DNA from: Sphagnum compactum
Lineage: Eukaryota
DNA: 64,000 nt
NCBI GenBank assembly: GCA_965153455.1
Contig: OZ234493.1
Location: 35,578,213-35,642,212, forward strand
Direction: 5' to 3'
The position numbers and the translations under genes were made by a program. Below the pieces are notes generated by a model. That model had not been told where the DNA came from. It ran no database searches and saw only the letters and a program-made list of their open reading frames with translations. Positions 62,084 to 64,000 of this stretch are shown here, one piece after another; position 1 is the stretch's first letter; each line of letters begins with the position of its first letter.

Positions 62084-64000
62084 ACTTAAAAGACAATTTT
62101 AATCTTCTATGAATTGTCTACTTCTTAGATTTTTGCAATATCTACTTCCTAGTAGAGTTTGCAAGAATCTTACTCACAAGTATTTCAGTTTCGGGTTTTA
62201 GCTCAGAATATGCTCTTTGAATATCTGCTGCATAACACTACAAGAGTCCCAAATCACAACATTGAGGGAAACATGAAAGCGAAAGGATTTTGTCATAAAA
62301 ATGGGCACTGGATTAGCTGAAAAGGAGAGAAGAACCCCAGAAAAAGAAAAAGATGCAGAGCATGTCATGATCAAGACCATGACAAGAACTTGTATACAAC
62401 CAAAGGAGTGCACAAGAGGGATGAAGATTATACCTGATCCTGGAACCTCTATGAGTCATCACAGAAAACCACTTTGTACACAGCTTGGCTGTTTGAGGTC
62501 AGTGGCTGTATCAAGCATTTCCAATAGTAACTCCCAAGTTTTCCACATATTCAGCTCAACCATTAAATAGCCACACCCTGCTTGACAAGCCTGAAGAATC
62601 AGGAGCATGGGTTGTTGCTTATAGAAACAACCTAACAAACTACAACAATATTTGCTTATATCAGTGCGCCATCAAATGGAAGATTGCTGACACTGACTCT
62701 TTGGTTGTTAGATGAGAATTGGTGACATCTGGAGAATTAAAATTGTAATTAAGAAATCCTTGAACTTATGAAATTTAATCTTCTTGAAGATTAAGAATTT
62801 CTCAGTTATGATTTTAGTCAACCTCCAACTTATGAAAAATGTAAGGACACATTCTTGTATTTGGGCATGAAACATAATCCTACAAGGATTCTGAAACCAC
62901 TACATAGAAGCTTGTGCTCTGCATTGACAAGTTTGAGAGAAGAAACATTATGTGCAATGGTGTTGCTATGGAGTTTCTTATATCTGCATGCCTTCAGCAC
63001 CTCCTTCAACCAACTATACTGTGATCCAGGCACAACTATTAGGAATATTCTTCCACTTTACTGTTTACAACCTAAGAAAGGGCATCAAATCTCATCACTT
63101 TGAAGAAAGAAAAAATTCAGAGCTGCAAATTGCAAAGGGCAGAGTTCCAATATGGCAGGATATCAAGCACAATTCATCAGAATCTCTAACATCAAAGACA
63201 ATAATGTTGGTTGTATCATGTAACAGAAACAAGCTGCAAAGCATCCTAGCAACATTGAGTTTTTTGCCTTCCATAGCTGCTGCAGTGTCAGCAAATCCCT
63301 CCACAGATCCATGGTAATCAGAAATAGAGGTTTCCTTCAAGCTGCACTTCACATAAACACTCCTGTGACAGCTCATGATGGCCTTTCTTCTCTCACCTGC
63401 ATTATAGGTATAATATACCACAATAACAAAAGTAAACCAAACCAGAACAAGGTTTTAACTTCCTCATCATCCCTGCCAAAGATCAAACTCACACTCTGAG
63501 CAGTAGCTTCCAAGTGTCTTCCAAGCTGCTAATAAATTGCCTTCAAACTATTTTATTGTAATGGAAACTCAAACAATGCACAAATTTCCTAATGGAGACA
63601 GACCCAAAAGGCTGAAGGCATTGCAAAGAATTTTACAAGAGTTCATCAGGTTTGAAACACCTGAAATGGCCAAGACTCGGAGAAGAAACAAGCCACTAGG
63701 GCCCTGTTGGTGGGAGGAGGCATGGGACAGTATCAATCGTGCATCACAAAGGGGAAAGTGGCTTCATGATACTTTTATGGACAACCCTCCCCCCTCTTCT
63801 TGAATGCACTTAGATTTGCCCAAGCAGCAAATGGGTGTGCACAAATCCAAAAATAACACCTACATTGATAGTACATTGTGCTTGCTCCTTCGACCAGACT
63901 TCAGTAGAAGGCCTCCTAGTGTGCATGTGACTTCAGCAACATGTATACCACCAGCAAGGTGGTGGTTGAAGTCTTTTCTCCCAATGATGGCAAAGCTAAA

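Overview
Plant nuclear DNA with spliceosomal introns, CCCTAAA telomere-like repeats and AT-rich decayed TEs. It is probably a bryophyte, possibly Sphagnum-like (my inference from TE and gene style). Left to right: (1) the 3' part of a Ty3/Gypsy gag-pol with three in-frame stops, a PPT and a truncated 3' LTR; (2) hAT debris and a related solo LTR with a 4-bp TSD; (3) a 5'-truncated, frameshifted signal peptide peptidase pseudogene; (4) about 25 kb of TE ruins (hAT, Harbinger-like Myb/SANT, CACTA MITEs, a foldback, tandem arrays); (5) two intact tandem 10-exon SBT2-type subtilases that share a non-canonical GC-AG intron; (6) a convergent 2-exon DMP (DUF679) gene. Inverted copies of a ~200-bp element bracket the subtilase-subtilase-DMP block, one upstream of each outer gene. 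A CRISPR-looking 46-bp array is explained as tandem expansion inside a CACTA MITE. The sequence does not prove a new biological system; the bracketed protease/DMP block is the best speculative candidate.
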